Assembly: GCF_963921235.1 (NCBI RefSeq)
Contig: NC_086101.1
Span: 10,728,001 to 10,792,000 of the forward strand
DNA: 64,000 nucleotides
Direction of reading: 5' to 3'
DNA from: Mobula hypostoma
Taxonomy: Eukaryota
Position numbers and translations under genes: made by a program
Shown here: in pieces, positions 13,115-26,356 of the stretch
Numbering within the stretch: position 1 is the stretch's first letter
How the letters are laid out: each line of letters starts with the position of its first letter
The notes under the pieces: model-generated
The model's database searches: none
What the model saw: the letters and a program-made list of their open reading frames with translations, nothing else
What the model was told of the DNA's origin: nothing

Positions 13115-14490
13115 GGGTAGTCTGACATTGGTGGTTGGGAAGTTGTTGGAATCGATTATTAGGGATGAGATTGCCGAATACTTGGAGGCACATGACAAGG
13201 TCGGCCAGAGTCAGCATGGTTTCCTGAAAAGAAAATCTTGCCTGACTAACCTACTGCAATTTTTTGAGGGATTTACAAGCAGGGTAGACAAAGGAGATGC
13301 AGTAGGTGTTGTGTACTTGGATTTTCAGAAGATCTTTGAGGAGGTGCTGCACATGAGGCTACTTAGCAAGATAAGAGCCCATGGAATTACAGGGGAGTTA
13401 CTAACATGGGTGGAGCATTGGCTGATCGGCAGAAATCGTAGAGTGGAAATAAAGGGATCCAATTCTGGCTGGCTGCCGAAAACCAGTGGAGTTCCACAGG
13501 GCTCGGTGTTGGGACCGCTGCTTTTTAAGATGTATGCTAATGATTTGGACCATGTGATTAATGGATTTGTAGTTACATTTGACAATGATACAAAGGTAGG
13601 TGGAGGAGCGGGTAGTGCTGAGGAAACAGAGAGCCTGCAAAGAGAATTAGATAGTTTTAGGGAAGTGGCAAATTAAATATAATATTGGAAAGAGCATGGT
13701 CATGCACTTTGGCAGAAGAGATAAACAGGCGGACTATTATTTAGATGGGGAGAGAAGTCAAAATGCAGAGATGCAAAGGGACTTTGAAGTCCTTGTGCAG
13801 GATACCCTAACTGTTAACCTCCAGGTTGAGTCAGTGGTGAAGAAGGCAAATGCAATGTTGGCATTCATTTCTAGAGGCATAGCAAATTAGAGCAAGGATG
13901 AGAGATTGAGGCTCCAGAAGGCACTCGTGAGATAACACTTGGAGTTTTGCGTGCAGTTTTGGGCTCCTTATTTCAGAAAGGATATACTGAATTTGGAGAG
14001 GGTTTAGAGAAGATTCATGGGAATGTTTCCAGAAATGTAAGTTTACCGTATGAGAAACATTTGGCAGCTCTCGATCTGTTTCCGTGGAGTTCAGGAGAAT
14101 GAGGGTCGATCTCATACAGACATTCTGAATGATAAAATGCCTGAACATATTAGAAATGGCAAAGTTATTTCCCATGGTAGGGGAGCCTAGGACAAGTGCT
14201 CACGACTTTAGGATTGAAAGATGTCCATTTAGAGCAGAAATGGAGAAATTACTTTAGTCAGACGGTGGTAAATCTGTGGAATTTGTTGCAGCGAGTGGTC
14301 GTGGAGGCCAAGTCACTGGGTGCATTTAAGGCAGAGTTAGATCAGTTCTTGATTAGCCAGGGCATCAAAGGGTATGGGTAGAAGGCAGTGGAGTGGGGAT
14401 GATTGGAAGAATTGAATCAGCCGTGATTGAACGGCGGAGAAGACTCGATAGGCTGAATGGCCCACTTCTGCCCCTATATCTTATGGTCTT
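13115..14490 (+). mobile_element. CR1 LINE RT and 3' end fragment
   Basis: ORF 13128-13676 has SQHGFLKRKSCLTNLL, VYLDFQK and [13 protein letters not shown]. The CR1 3' tail TCTTATGGTCTTATGG lies near 14478-14495. Confidence 0.9.
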
Positions 14491-14809
14491 ATGGTGGTGC
14501 AAGCATTCATATCTTGGAGTGTCAGAGGTCCATTCAAGAGCTTGATAACAATGGCATAGAAACTATCCTCGAGTCTGGTGTTTTGTGCTCTTGGGGCTTT
14601 GTATCTTCACTCAGTGGGAGAGGGGGAAAGAGAGAATGGCCTGGGTGTGGGGTATGTGATTATATCGGCCGCTTTCCCAGCCCAGTGAGATGTGTAGACA
14701 GAATCAGAGAAGAGAGTCTGCTTTGCACTAAGGACCAGGCTTTGTTCACAACTCTTCAGTTTCTTCTCAAACCTTAGTCACAGAGTCATAGAAAAGTACA
14801 TATTTGTAT

Positions 14810-14996
14810 AGGAAAGTATATTTGTAATAAACAGATCATTTGGTAGAGATTTGTTTTCACTTTGACACAAATCAGTCTTCTGTTAATCAGCGTCAAAAAA
14901 TGTCGAATTAGATCACCTGTGATTCGACACTCTAAAACAGCAAAATATGAAAACTTCCAAGCGGGGGGTGGGGGTGAATACTTTATATAGGCACCG
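14810..14996 (-). mobile_element. Tc1-like terminal inverted repeat fragment
   Basis: Reverse complement reads TA-CGGTGCCTATATAAAGTATTCACCCC, a Tc1-type terminus. Confidence 0.6.
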
Positions 14997-16044
14997 TACT
15001 TATATATCTGGTTCCTATCAATGCCTTCCAATAACTTTCCCACAACTAATGTCAGACTTGCAGGCCTATCATTTCATGGTTTATGTTCAGAGCCTGTTTT
15101 AAACAACGGAACAGCATTGTCTATTCTCCAATCTTGGTACCTGGCCTGTTGTGAAGGATATTTTAAATATTTCTGCTGGGGTCCCAGCAATTTTTGCATG
15201 CCTCCTGTAGCGTCTGAGAGAACACTTTGTCAGGCCCTGGGGATTTATCCACATTGATTTTCGTCAGAGTAGCAAACACCTCCTCCTCTGTAATCTATAC
15301 AGGAACCATGAAGTTGAAGCTGCATTGCCTCACTGATGTAGGCTCTGTATCTGTCTCCTGAGTAAATACAGATACAAAGAATTTAAGATCTCCCCCATCT
15401 GTTTTGATTTGACACATGGTTTACCTACCATTCTGATTTCCAGAGGACTAATCTTGACCCTAGTAGCCCTGTTGCGCTTAACATATTCTACTTCACCTTG
15501 TCTGCTAAAGCAACTTTATGCCTTCCTGATTTCTTTCTTAAGTGTCTCTTGCATTTCATGTTCTGAAAGAGCATCTCATTTATTTCTACCTGCCTATACC
15601 TGCTACGCACCTTTTCTTTCTTAACCATGGCCTCAGTATCTTTTGAAATCTAAGGTTCCCGACACCTGTTATCCTTACCTTTTATTCTGACAGACAAGTA
15701 CACCCTTTGCACTGTCAAAATTTGGTTTTGAAAGCCTCATCTTACAAAGTGCACCTTTGCCAGAAAACAGCCAATCCCAATCCACACTTGCCAGATCATT
15801 TCTGCTGGCATGAAAATTGGCCTTTCTGCAATGTAGAATCTCAGCCTGCAGATGAGACCTATAATTTTACATATTTACTTTGAAAATCCAAGTACACAGC
15901 ATTAATGGATTCTCCTTTATCTATGCAGCTTGATTTCTTGAAAGAATTCCAACAGATTTGACAGCCAAGATTTTCCCTTGAGAAAACCATGCTGACTATG
16001 GCCTATTTTATCATGTGCCTTCAAGCACCCTAAGACTTCAATAC

Positions 16045-19000
16045 AACCATATAACCCTATAACCATATAACAATTACAGCACGGAAGCAGGCCATCTCGA
16101 CCCTTCTAGCCCATGCCGAACTCTCACCTAGTCCCAATGACCTGCACTCAGCCTATAACCCTCCATTCCTTTCCTGTCCATATATCTATCCAATTTAACG
16201 TCAAATGACAACATCGAACCTGCCTCAACCAATAATGCTGGAAGCTCGTTCCACACAGCTACCACTCTCTGAGCAAAGAAGTTCCCCCTCATGTTACCCC
16301 TAAACTTTTGCCCTTTAACTCTCAACTCATGTCCTCTTGTTTGAACCTACCCCACCTTCAATGGAAAAAGCCTATCCACGTCAACTCTGTCTATCCCCCT
16401 CATAATTTTAAACACCTCTATCAAGTCCCCCCTCAACCTTCTACGTTCCAAAGAATAAAGACCCAACTTGTTCAACCTTTCTCTGTAACTTAGGTGATGA
16501 AACCCAGGTAACGTTCTCATAAATATTCTCTGTACCCTCTTTATGTTGACACCTTTCCTGTAATTGGGTGACCAGAACTGTATACAATACTCCAAATTTG
16601 GCCTCACCAATGCCTTGTACAATTTCAACATGACATCCCAACTTCTATACTCAATGCTTGATTTATAAACGCCAGCATACCAAAAGCTTTCTTTACCACC
16701 TATCCACATGAGATTCCACCTTCAGAGAGCTATGCACCATTATTCCTAGATCCTTCAGTTCTACTGCATTCTTCAATGCCCTGCCATTTACCATGTATGT
16801 CCTATTTTGATTAGTCCTACCAAAATGTGACACCTCACATTTATCAGCATTAAACTCCATCTGCCATATTTCAGCCCACTCACTCTTCTAACTGGCCTAA
16901 ATCTCTCTGCAAGCTTTGAAAACCTACTTCATTATCCACAACGCCACCTATCTTAGTATCATCTGCATACTTACTCATCCAATTTACCACCCATCATCCG
17001 GGTCATTAATATATATGACAAACAACATTGGACCCAACACAGATCCCCGAGGCACACCACTAGTCATCGACCTCCAATCTCACAAACAGTTATCCACCAG
17101 CACTCTCTGGCATCTCCCATCCAGCCACTGCTGAATCCATTTTACTACTTCAATATTAATACCTAATGATTGAACCTTCCTGACCAACCTTCCGTGTGGG
17201 ACCTTGTCAAAGGCCTTACTGAAGTCCATATAGACAACATCCACCACTTTACCCTCGTCAACTTCCCTTGTAACCTCTTCAAAAAGTTCAATAAGATTTG
17301 TCAAACATGACCTTCCATGCACAAATCCATGTTGAAGGTTCCTAATCAGACCCTGTCAATCCAGATAATTATACATACCATCTCTAAGAATACTTTCCAT
17401 CAACTTACCAAACACTGACATCAAACTCACAGGTCGATCATTGCTAGGTTTACTCTTAGAACCCTTTTTAAGCAATGGAACAACATGAGTAAGATGCCAA
17501 TCCTCAAGCACCATGCCCGTTTTTAATGACATATTAAATATTTCTGTCAGCGCCCCTGCTAATTCCACACTAACTTCCATCAAGATCCTCGGGAATATCC
17601 TGTCAGGACCCGGAGACTTATCCACTTTTATATTCCTTGAAAGCTTCAGTACTTCCTCTTCTTTAATCATCATCGTTTCCATAACTTCTCTACCTGTTTG
17701 TCTTATCTTACCCAATTCAATATGGTTCTCCTTAGTGAATACCGAAGAAAAGAAATCGTTAAGAATCTCCCCCATCTCTTTTGGCTCCACACATAGCCGT
17801 CCACTCTGATTCTCTAAGGTACCAATTCTATCCCTCACTATCCTTTTGCTATTAATATAACTGTAGAAACCCTTGGGATTTATTTTCACGTTACTTGCCA
17901 AAACAACCTGATATCTTCTTTTAGCTTTTTTAATTTCTTTCTAATGATTCTTTTTACATTCTTTATATTCGTCGAGCACCTCATATTCTCCATGCTGCCT
18001 ATATTTATTGTAGATATCTCTTTTTCCGAACCAAGTTTCCAATATCCCTTGAAAACCATGGCTCTCTCAAAGTTTTAACCTTTCCTTTCATCCTAACAGG
18101 AACATAAATATTCTGTACTCTCAAAATTTCACTTTTAAATGAACTCATTTCTCTATTACATTCTTCCCATAAAACAAATTGTCCCAATCCACTCCTTCTA
18201 AACCCTTTCTCATCCCCTCAATGTTAGCCTTTCTCCAGTCAAGAACATCAACCCTGGGTCCAGACCTATCCTCCTCCAGAATTGTATTCAAACTAATAGC
18301 ATTATGATCACTGGACCCGAAGTGCTCCCCAACACAAACCTCAGTCACCTGACCTGTATCATTCCCTAACAGGAGATCCAACACTGCCCCTTCTCTCGTT
18401 GGTACCTCTATGTATTGCTGGAAAAAACTATCCTGCACACATTCTGCACACTCCAAACCATCCAGCCCTTTTACAGTATGGACGTCCCAGTCTATGTGTG
18501 GAAAATTAAAATCTCCCACAATCACAACCTTGTGCTTACTACAAATATCTGCTATCTCCTTACAATTTTGCTCCTCCAAGTCACGCTCCCCATTTGGTGA
18601 TCTATAATACACCCCCACAAGAGTTACTACACCTATCCCATTCCTCAATTCCACCCAAATAGCTTCCCTAGACAAGCCCTCTAATCTATCCTGCCAGAGG
18701 CACTGCTGTGATATTTTCTCTGACAAGCAATGTTACACCTCCCCCTCTGGTCCCTCCGATTCTATCGCAGCTGAAACAATTAAATCCAGGAAATTTTAGT
18801 TGCCAATCACACCCCTCCTGTAACCATGTTTCACTAATAGCTACTACATCATACTTCCAGGTATCAATCCATGCTCTGAGCTCCTCCACCTTTCTTACAA
18901 TGCTCCTAGCATTAAAATAAATGCATTTAAGAAATGTTCCACCTCTTACTCTCTGTTTATCCCTGACAGTACAAACATCTTTACTATTTTCTTTTTCTTT

Positions 19001-19360
19001 CTTCCTCCCTGTATCTGTTCATACACGCTGGTTCCCCTCCCTCCCATATATAGTTTAAATCCACCGGAGCCCCTCTAGCAAATCTACCTGAAAGTTGAGA
19101 TGTAGACCGTCCCGGCGGAACAGGTCCTACCTTCCCTGGAAAACTGCCCAATTATCTATAAACCTGAAGCCTTCCCTCTGCACCCTGTCTTCAGCCATGT
19201 GTTGATCTGCGCTATCTTATTATTTCCAAACCCGCCTGCACGTGGCAGTGGTAGCAATCCTGAGATTGCTATCCTGGAGGTCCTGTCCTTTAACCTGGCT
19301 CCTAACTCCCTAAACTCTCCTTTCAGGACCTCCTCACCCTTCCTACTCACGTCATTGGTC
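16045..19360 (-). mobile_element. CR1 LINE, near full ORF2 plus ORF1 3' part, degenerate
   Basis: Consecutive minus ORFs cover esterase (ISGLLPLPR), endonuclease (ISETW, YYRSPN, GDFNFPHIDW, SDHN) and RT motifs, with the 3' tail near 16045-16080. Confidence 0.92.
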
Positions 19361-19364
19361 CCTC

Positions 19365-21380
19365 ATCCTTACAAATCAACTCAAACATCTTCCCAACCAC
19401 TGAGGTCAGACTAACCGGCCTACAGTTTTCTTTTTTCTGCCTCTCTCCCTTCTCGAAATTAGTGGAGTAACATTTGCAATTTTCCAGTCATTGCAGAATC
19501 TAGTGATTATTAATTAATTAATAGGGATTATTAATGCCTCCATGATCAAGAATGTCTTGCATTCTAGAAACCCCCCCTGTAGGAATCCTGCACCAGGCTG
19601 ATTTTCCCAATCTACTTGCATAAATTTCTTCCTCTTTGGAATGTATACATCATGTGCCTTCTGAATTGCTTCCAGAAATTCCAGGCAATGCTGATTGCTG
19701 TTATCTCTGCCAGTGTTCTCTTTCAATCAATTCTGGCCATCTACTCTCTCATACCTCCGTAATTCCCTTTACTCTACGGTAGTACCAACACATCTGACTT
19801 TAGCTTCTCCTTCTCAAATGTTGGCTGTATTAGATCATATTATGAACACTTGCCTCTAATGGTGCTTTTACCTTAAGCTCTCTAATCAATTCTGGTTCAT
19901 TACACAACACCCAATCCACCAGTGTGGCCTTCTATATACCAGTGAGACCCGACGTAGACTGGGAGACCGTTTCGCTGAACACCTATGCTCTGTCCGCCAG
20001 AGAAACCAGGATCTCCCAGCGGCCACCCTTTTTAATTCTACGTCCCATTGCCATTCTGACATGTCAATCCATGGCCTATTCTACTGTCAAGATGAAGCCA
20101 CACTCAGTTTGGAGGAACACCACCTTATATTCTGTCTGGGTAGCCTCCAATGTGATAGTATGAACATCAATTTCTCTAACTTCCGTTAATGCCTCTCTTC
20201 CCCTCCTTACCCCATCCCTTATTTATTTATTATTCCCCCTTTTTCTCTCTCACTATCTCTCTGTCTCTCTCACTATCATCCTTGACTGTTCTCCATTTTT
20301 CTCTCGGCCCTCCCCCTTTCTTTCTCCCTAGGCCTCCCGTCCCATGACATTCCCCCTTCTCCATCTCTGTATCCCTTTTACCAATAAACTTTCCAGCTCT
20401 TAGCTTCATCCCTCCCCCTCCTGTCTTCTCCTATCATTTCAGATCTCCCCCTCCCACTTTCAAATCTCTTACTCTCTGTTCCTTCAGTTAGTCCTGACGA
20501 AGGGTCTCGGCACGAAGTGTTGACTGTACTTCTTCCTATTGATGCTGCCTGGCCTGCTGTCTTTCACCAGCATTTTGTGTGTGTCACCTGATTCTCTATT
20601 GCGCTGAATGAACTGCTTTGAAAAGCCATCTTGTAGGCATTCTAGAAATTCCCCCCTGCAGGAATCCAACACCAGCCTGATTTTCCCAATCTACTTGCAT
20701 GTTGAAATCCTCCATGGCTATTTTAATATTGCCCTTGTGGCATGCATTCTCTATCTCCCATTATAATTTGTATGTCACATTCTTACAACTGAGGGTCTGC
20801 ATACAACTCCCAGCAGGATCTTTTTACCCTTGCAGTTCCTTAGCTCTATCAACAACGATTCAACACTTTCCGACCCTATGTCACCTCTTTCGACTGACTT
20901 GATATCATTTTTTACCAACAGAGCAATGTTGCTCCCTCTGCTTTCCTGCCTGTCCTTTCGATACAATGTGTACTCTCGGACATTATGATCCCAACTATAA
21001 TCTCCTTTCAACCATGATTCAATGATGCCTAAGACATCATACCTGCCTATCTGTAACTGTGCTACAATTTCATCTACCTTATTCTGTATACTACACGCAT
21101 TCAAATACAACACTGTCAGTCCTGTGTTCACCCTTTTTGATTTTGCCCAACATTTACATTGCAACTTCCTTGTTGACTGCAACTTTGCCCTATCAACAGC
21201 CTCTCCTCACTGCACATTGCCTCTGTTTGTCAAACAGCTGCCTCATCTTCAGCACTGTTATCCACCTTTCAATGATACGTCTTGCACTGAAACATATGCA
21301 GCTTAGGACACCAGTCATACCATGCTTAACCTTTTGATTCCTAACTTTGCCTGAGGTCTTACCAACATATGCCTCCACGA
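19365..21380 (-). mobile_element. CR1 endonuclease-region fragments interrupted by a Penelope-like insertion
   Basis: ORF 20775-21182 reads LYLNACSIQNKVDE...IIESWLK...LLGVVCRP; further pieces read VDWENQ and EFLECLQDGF. Confidence 0.8.
19921..20585 (+). mobile_element. Penelope-like element 3' fragment: GIY-YIG endonuclease remnant (19923-20189) plus pseudo-LTR
   Basis: 19923-20189 translates without a stop as CGLLYTSETRRRLGDRFAEHLCSVRQ...HSDMSIHGL...LEEHHLIFCLGSLQCDSMNINFSNFR*. A pyrimidine tract follows, then the terminal CTGACGAAGGGTCTCGG...CAGCATTTTGTGTGTG motif. Confidence 0.85.
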
Positions 21381-21679
21381 AGTCACCACTAATTGTTCTG
21401 TTGTAGAGGGCATTGTTTTAAGGTGAGGGGGAAAAGATTTAACAGGAAAATGAGCAGCAACTTCATTTTTCAACTGAAGTTGGCATGTGGAATGGACTGC
21501 CAGAGGAGGAGGTTGAGGCAAGCAAATTGGCAATAATAATAACAATAATCAGTATCCTGGCTGGTTGTATCATGATCTGGTATGGCAATCCGAATGCATG
21601 TGAATGTAAGATGCTGCAGGGAAAAGTGGACTCAGCCCAATACATCAGGGGCAAATCCCTCCCCACCATTGACAGTATC

Positions 21680-21850
21680 TAAGGGAGTTAGATATGGCCC
21701 TTGTGGCTACGGGGATCAGGGGGTATGGAGGGAAGGCTGGTGCAGGTTTCTGAATTGGATGATCAGCCATGATCATAATAAATGGCGGTGCAGGCTCGAA
21801 GGGCCGAATGGCCTACTCCTGCACCTATTTTCTATGTTTCTATGTTTCTA
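21680..21850 (+). mobile_element. Short 3' end of the young CR1 subfamily inserted in a Rex1-like fragment
   Basis: Closely matches the reverse complement of about 34370-34530, including the (TTTCTATG)n tail. Confidence 0.8.
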
Positions 21851-22616
21851 TCTACAGGAGGCTCTGCCTGAAGAAGGCAACATCCATCATCAAAGATTTT
21901 CACCATTCAGCCATGCCCTCTCCTTGCAGTGACCATTAGGCAGAAGCTACAGAAGCCTGAAGTCCCCACACAACCAGGTTCAGGAATAGCTACTTTCCTT
22001 CACCTGTTCAGTTCATCAACTAACTCACAAAACTCTAACCACGAGTAGCTCAGTCTAACAACACTATGACCACATTGATCACTTTGCGCTAAAGCATTTT
22101 TTTTTCATTCTGATTGCGTTCTTTCTTGTAAAAATTATGTACAATCCATGTTTTACTTGTGTATGTGACGCTATATAGCCAGTGATGTTGCTGCAAGTGA
22201 GTTTCTTGTTTTGGCTGATGGTTTCATGGACTTGTGCATATGACAGTAAACAACATTGAAACTTTGAAGAGACAATTTGTCAGGCACATGGACAAGGAAG
22301 GTTGAGGAGGATCTGGGCTAAACACTGGCAAATGGGACTAGTTTGGACGGGGCATGTTGGTCATCATGGACCAGTTGGGCTGATGGACCTGTTTCTGTGC
22401 TGTATATCTCTACAATTAAACATCAGTGACAGTGATGAAGTCTCAGAGCCTCCATTATAACAGTCCATTGCAGCCATTTCTGGTTCTTCCAGTAAACACC
22501 TATTGACGTTACAGGTGGAGGCTGCTTGGGCAGTTGTGGAATTTTACTGAAATAATTCCACTGGGGTGCATTGCAAATATTTTTCATTGTCTCATTCACT
22601 GATCTTTATTCTACAG

Positions 22617-22736
22617 ATGATCTCTTCCCTGCTCTTCCTGAATGGGTCCTGCCTCTGGTCGTCACCATTTGTGTTGTAATTGCTGCTAACTTCACCCTGA
22701 TTTATTGGAAAGTGAAACAAAACAGACACATAAAAG
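22617..22736 (+). CDS. Butyrophilin-like gene, transmembrane exon
   Basis: Acceptor ttattctacAG and donor GTACGT at 22737; 120 nt, phase 1/1. Translates DLFPALPEWVLPLVVTICVVIAANFTLIYWKVKQNRHIK, a hydrophobic helix followed by basic stop-transfer residues. Confidence 0.85.
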
Positions 22737-23319
22737 GTACGTTTCTGCAATATTGTGAAATATTCACCTGGAAATCCAGTGGAAAATATCACAGTTTCCC
22801 TCTGAAATTTCCATGGAGAGGCAGAGCATTTTCTGGAGAGATTATGTAAAATCCACATTTCCTAGCAGGCTCTGGCATTCCAGCAGTGAGCCTGGAAAGA
22901 ATATTTATGGCCATAGAGATGGAAAGTAAGGATGGAAACTGCCCGATGTTGCATCTCCTGTGTCTGTATGATGAAGTGCCAGGAGGTTCAACTGGTCACT
23001 GATTCACCTGTACTTCCTGTATCTTGGTTCCCCATATTTCGGCTCCTCTACAGTGATGAGGCTGGGCACAGTTTGTATGACAACTCCGTTTAATAGCTCA
23101 AACCAAATTTTAAAACTCTGCATTTTCATTGTGTAACCTATCCCACTGTAAGCTCTGCACTCAGTGTCCTAAAATGTTCTAAGGAGGCTTCCCAGAGGAT
23201 GAAGAACAGAACTTCATCTTGTAAGTAGTAAACCACAAAAAATGCTGGAGGAACTCAGCATCTGTGGGAAAAAAAAATAAACAGTCAATGTTTCAGACCA
23301 AGACCGTTGATTGGAAAGG

Positions 23320-24400
23320 AATTGAATTGACTTCATTAATACAACCTTCATATATATATAAGGAGCAAAAAACTTTTACGTTACGTCTCCATCCAAATGT
23401 GCAATTATAGTAATTTAGAATTAAAATTATGTACAACAGAATAGTCAATATAACCTAAAAATACAGTTGCATCAGGGTGAATTAAGCAGTCTGATGGCCT
23501 AGCGCAAAATGCTGTCCCGGAGCCTGTTGTTCCTGGTTATTATGCTGCGGTATCTTTTCCCAGATGGTTGCAGTTGGAGTAATTTGTGGTTGGGGTGCCT
23601 CGGGTCCCCAGTGATCCTTCAGGCCCTTTTCACCCACCTTTCGTTGTAAATATCCTGAATGTTGGAAACTTCACATCTACCGATGTGCTGGGCTGTCTGC
23701 ACCACTCTGCAGAGAACTGTGATTGAGGGAAGTACAGTTCACATACCAGGTAGTGATGCAGCCAGTCAGGATGCTCTCAATCATGCCCCTATAGAAAGTT
23801 CTTAGAATTTGTGGAGCCATACCAAGCTTCCTCAACCGTCTGAGGTGACAGAGGTGCTGTTGTGCCTTTGTCACCACACAGCCCGTATGTACAGACTACG
23901 TGAGATCTTCCGTGATGTTTATGCCGAGGATTTTAAAGCCGTTCACCCTCTCAACCCCAGATCCATTGATGTCTATATGGGTTAGCCTGTCTCCATTCCT
24001 CCTGCAGTCCACAAACAGGTCCTCTATTTTTGCGACTTTGAGGGAGAGGTTGTTTTTTTTGACACCACTGTGTCAAGGTGATGACTTCTTCTCTGTCAGC
24101 TGCATCATTATTATTTGAGATTAGGCTAATCTATTGTCAGCAAATTGAATCATCAGATTGAAGCTGTGGGTAGCTACACAGTCATGGGTACACAGAGTAA
24201 AGCAAGGGGCTTAGTACACAGCCCTGAGGGGCACCTGTGTTGAGGGTCAAAGGGGCAGAGGTGAGGGAGCCCACTCTTACCACCTGCCAGTGATCTGACA
24301 GGAAGTCCAGGATCCAGCTACACACGGCAGGCTGAAGGCCGAGGTCTCCGAGCTTCTTCTTGAGCCTGGAGGGAACTATGGTGTTGAATCCAAGAACAGC
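23320..24400 (-). mobile_element. Rex1/Babar-like LINE RT fragment
   Basis: ORF 23677-23877 reads KAQQHLCHLRRLRKLGMAPQILRTFYRGMIESILTGCITTWY; GAPQGCVLSPLL-like sequence occurs near 24200-24235. Confidence 0.75.
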
Positions 24401-24404
24401 ATTC

Positions 24405-24915
24405 TCACGTAAGGAAGGGTGAAGAAGCCAGCAAGAAAATATGTGGTGGGTAAGGAGTACAACTTAGAGGCTGGTAGGTGAGGGAAGATGAGGGAGAGAG
24501 TTGAAGTGTGAAGGGGGGAGGTGATAGATGTAAAAAGCTGAAGCAGAGGGAATCATGTCGGGGAGGAGAGTGGACCATGGGAAACCGGGAAGGTAGTGAG
24601 CTGATAAGCAGGATAGGAGAAGCAGAATGGGGAATGGAAAAAGAGAGGGGGAGGGAGGAGAAATTGATATTCATGCCATCAGGTATGAAGCTACCCAGAC
24701 GGAATATCGGGTATTGCTCCTCCAACATGAGAGTGGCCTCTTTGTGCAAGGAGAAGAGTATCAATACGTCAGAAAGGTGATTGGCATTAAAAGTCTTGGC
24801 ACAGGGAAATCCTGCTTGATGTGGATGGAGCAATGGTGCTCAACAAGACAGTCCCCCAATCTACATCAGTTGTCACAAATGTAGAAGAGGTCACTGTGAG
24901 CACTAAATACAGCTG
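24405..24915 (-). mobile_element. Penelope-like GIY-YIG fragment
   Basis: Reads EATLMLEEQYPIFRLGSFIPDGMNINFS followed by a pyrimidine tract, homologous to 20090-20480. Confidence 0.7.
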
Positions 24916-25271
24916 GTAGCTCACAACATTTCAAATTCAACACTCAGTGTAACCACTTCAAACCATGTTCACTGTGTTCATGTTTTCCGACACCAAATGT
25001 TGGTAATGGTTTATGTGTTGTCATTTAATCCTTGACACTAACATGGACCCATGGTGTATTTCCTCACTTGGCTCTTCTGACTGACATCTGTCACCACTTC
25101 AACATTTTTTTGTCTCTGATGGGAGACAGTCAACCATGAGTTTGATTATCCTCTCCGCAGCTGCCTGACCCTCTGAGTGTCCCCATTATTTCAGATCTCC
25201 AGCATCTGAAGTGAAATCATCGTCCTGAAAATGTGTTGTTGTTCTGATATACCACTGGTCTGTCTTTTCAG

Positions 25272-25304
25272 AGCTGGAACTTCAGAAATCCATCATGGAA
25301 TCTG
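25272..25304 (+). CDS. Butyrophilin-like gene, short cytoplasmic (heptad-like) exon ELELQKSIMES
   Basis: Acceptor tgtcttttcAG and donor GTAAGA; 33 nt, phase 1/1, in frame with the TM and B30.2 exons. Short coiled-coil exons are typical of BTN genes. Confidence 0.7.
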
Positions 25305-26356
25305 GTAAGATTTCAACACTGAAATATTCAGAAGCTACAAGAAATAGCCATTTTATTTAATAAAATCAATCTTTACATCTGTTGGGATTAATTATTTAAA
25401 TCCTTCATGACGTAGCTCTGTTTAGAGATTCATAAATTAAGAATAATAAACTAATTCCTTGTATTTTACAACCAAGGATCCTTGAAATAATCTTGATGAA
25501 ATACAACAGACTTTAGAATAGGAGCAATCAAACTTCTCTGGGAACAGTGGGCTAAACATAATTGGTCAGGGGAGGGATGGTTTGTGAGGGAAGGTATTTT
25601 AGACATTTTGGGCAAAAACTGCATTGAGACTGGACGTTTTGGGTTGAAAAGCTGCATAAAGGCTGATGCAGGATTTTCACCAAAAACGTCAAAATTTCAT
25701 TTCACTCCCACAACATTCCACCCCCCCGCCGAGATGCTGAATTCCTCACTACCACCCCCACTCCGCGCCCCCCCCCCCGCCATTGCTGTGTGAACCAATC
25801 CTTGTCATGTGAATGAAATGCTCTGGGTGGAATTTTCCAAGCCCTTGTGCTTTGGGTGCTTCACCCCAACTTCGAGAACATGGTGGCATCTTCCTAGGAC
25901 TGGGTTTGTATTTCTGCACCGAACATCAATCATCACTCTGACATGGGCTGGTAATATTACAGGGTCAGATGTTGCTGATCCCAGCCCACACTCACCCTGT
26001 TTCGGCACACGTGTTCTGCAGCCCGACAGTCCCTGAAGGTCCAATCAATACCGCTCTCTCCCCTTCAACACGCCCACTCACCCCCACCTCCCCAACACCC
26101 CCTCACCTCCTCCAACTCTCCCACCCTTTATCCTTTACCTCACTCTGCACTGCGCTCTCTCACCTCCTTTCTTTCTCCGAGTCTTCACAGTGGAGGACAA
26201 TTGCAGTATATTGGACATTCAAGAGTGTCAGGGAAGTGAAGTTTGTGCAGTGAAAATTACGACTGAGTAGGTGCTCAGGAAGCTTAATGGTCTGAGGGTG
26301 GATAAATCTCCTGGACCTGATGGAATGAACCCTTGAGATTTGGAGGAAGCAGCTGG

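Noticed and set aside
12927..22616. Possible IgC exon of the butyrophilin-like gene
   Set aside because: No C...GWYPxP.V.W...C pattern with phase-1 splice sites was seen, and the interval is explained by TE fragments. A by-eye search cannot exclude a very degenerate remnant.
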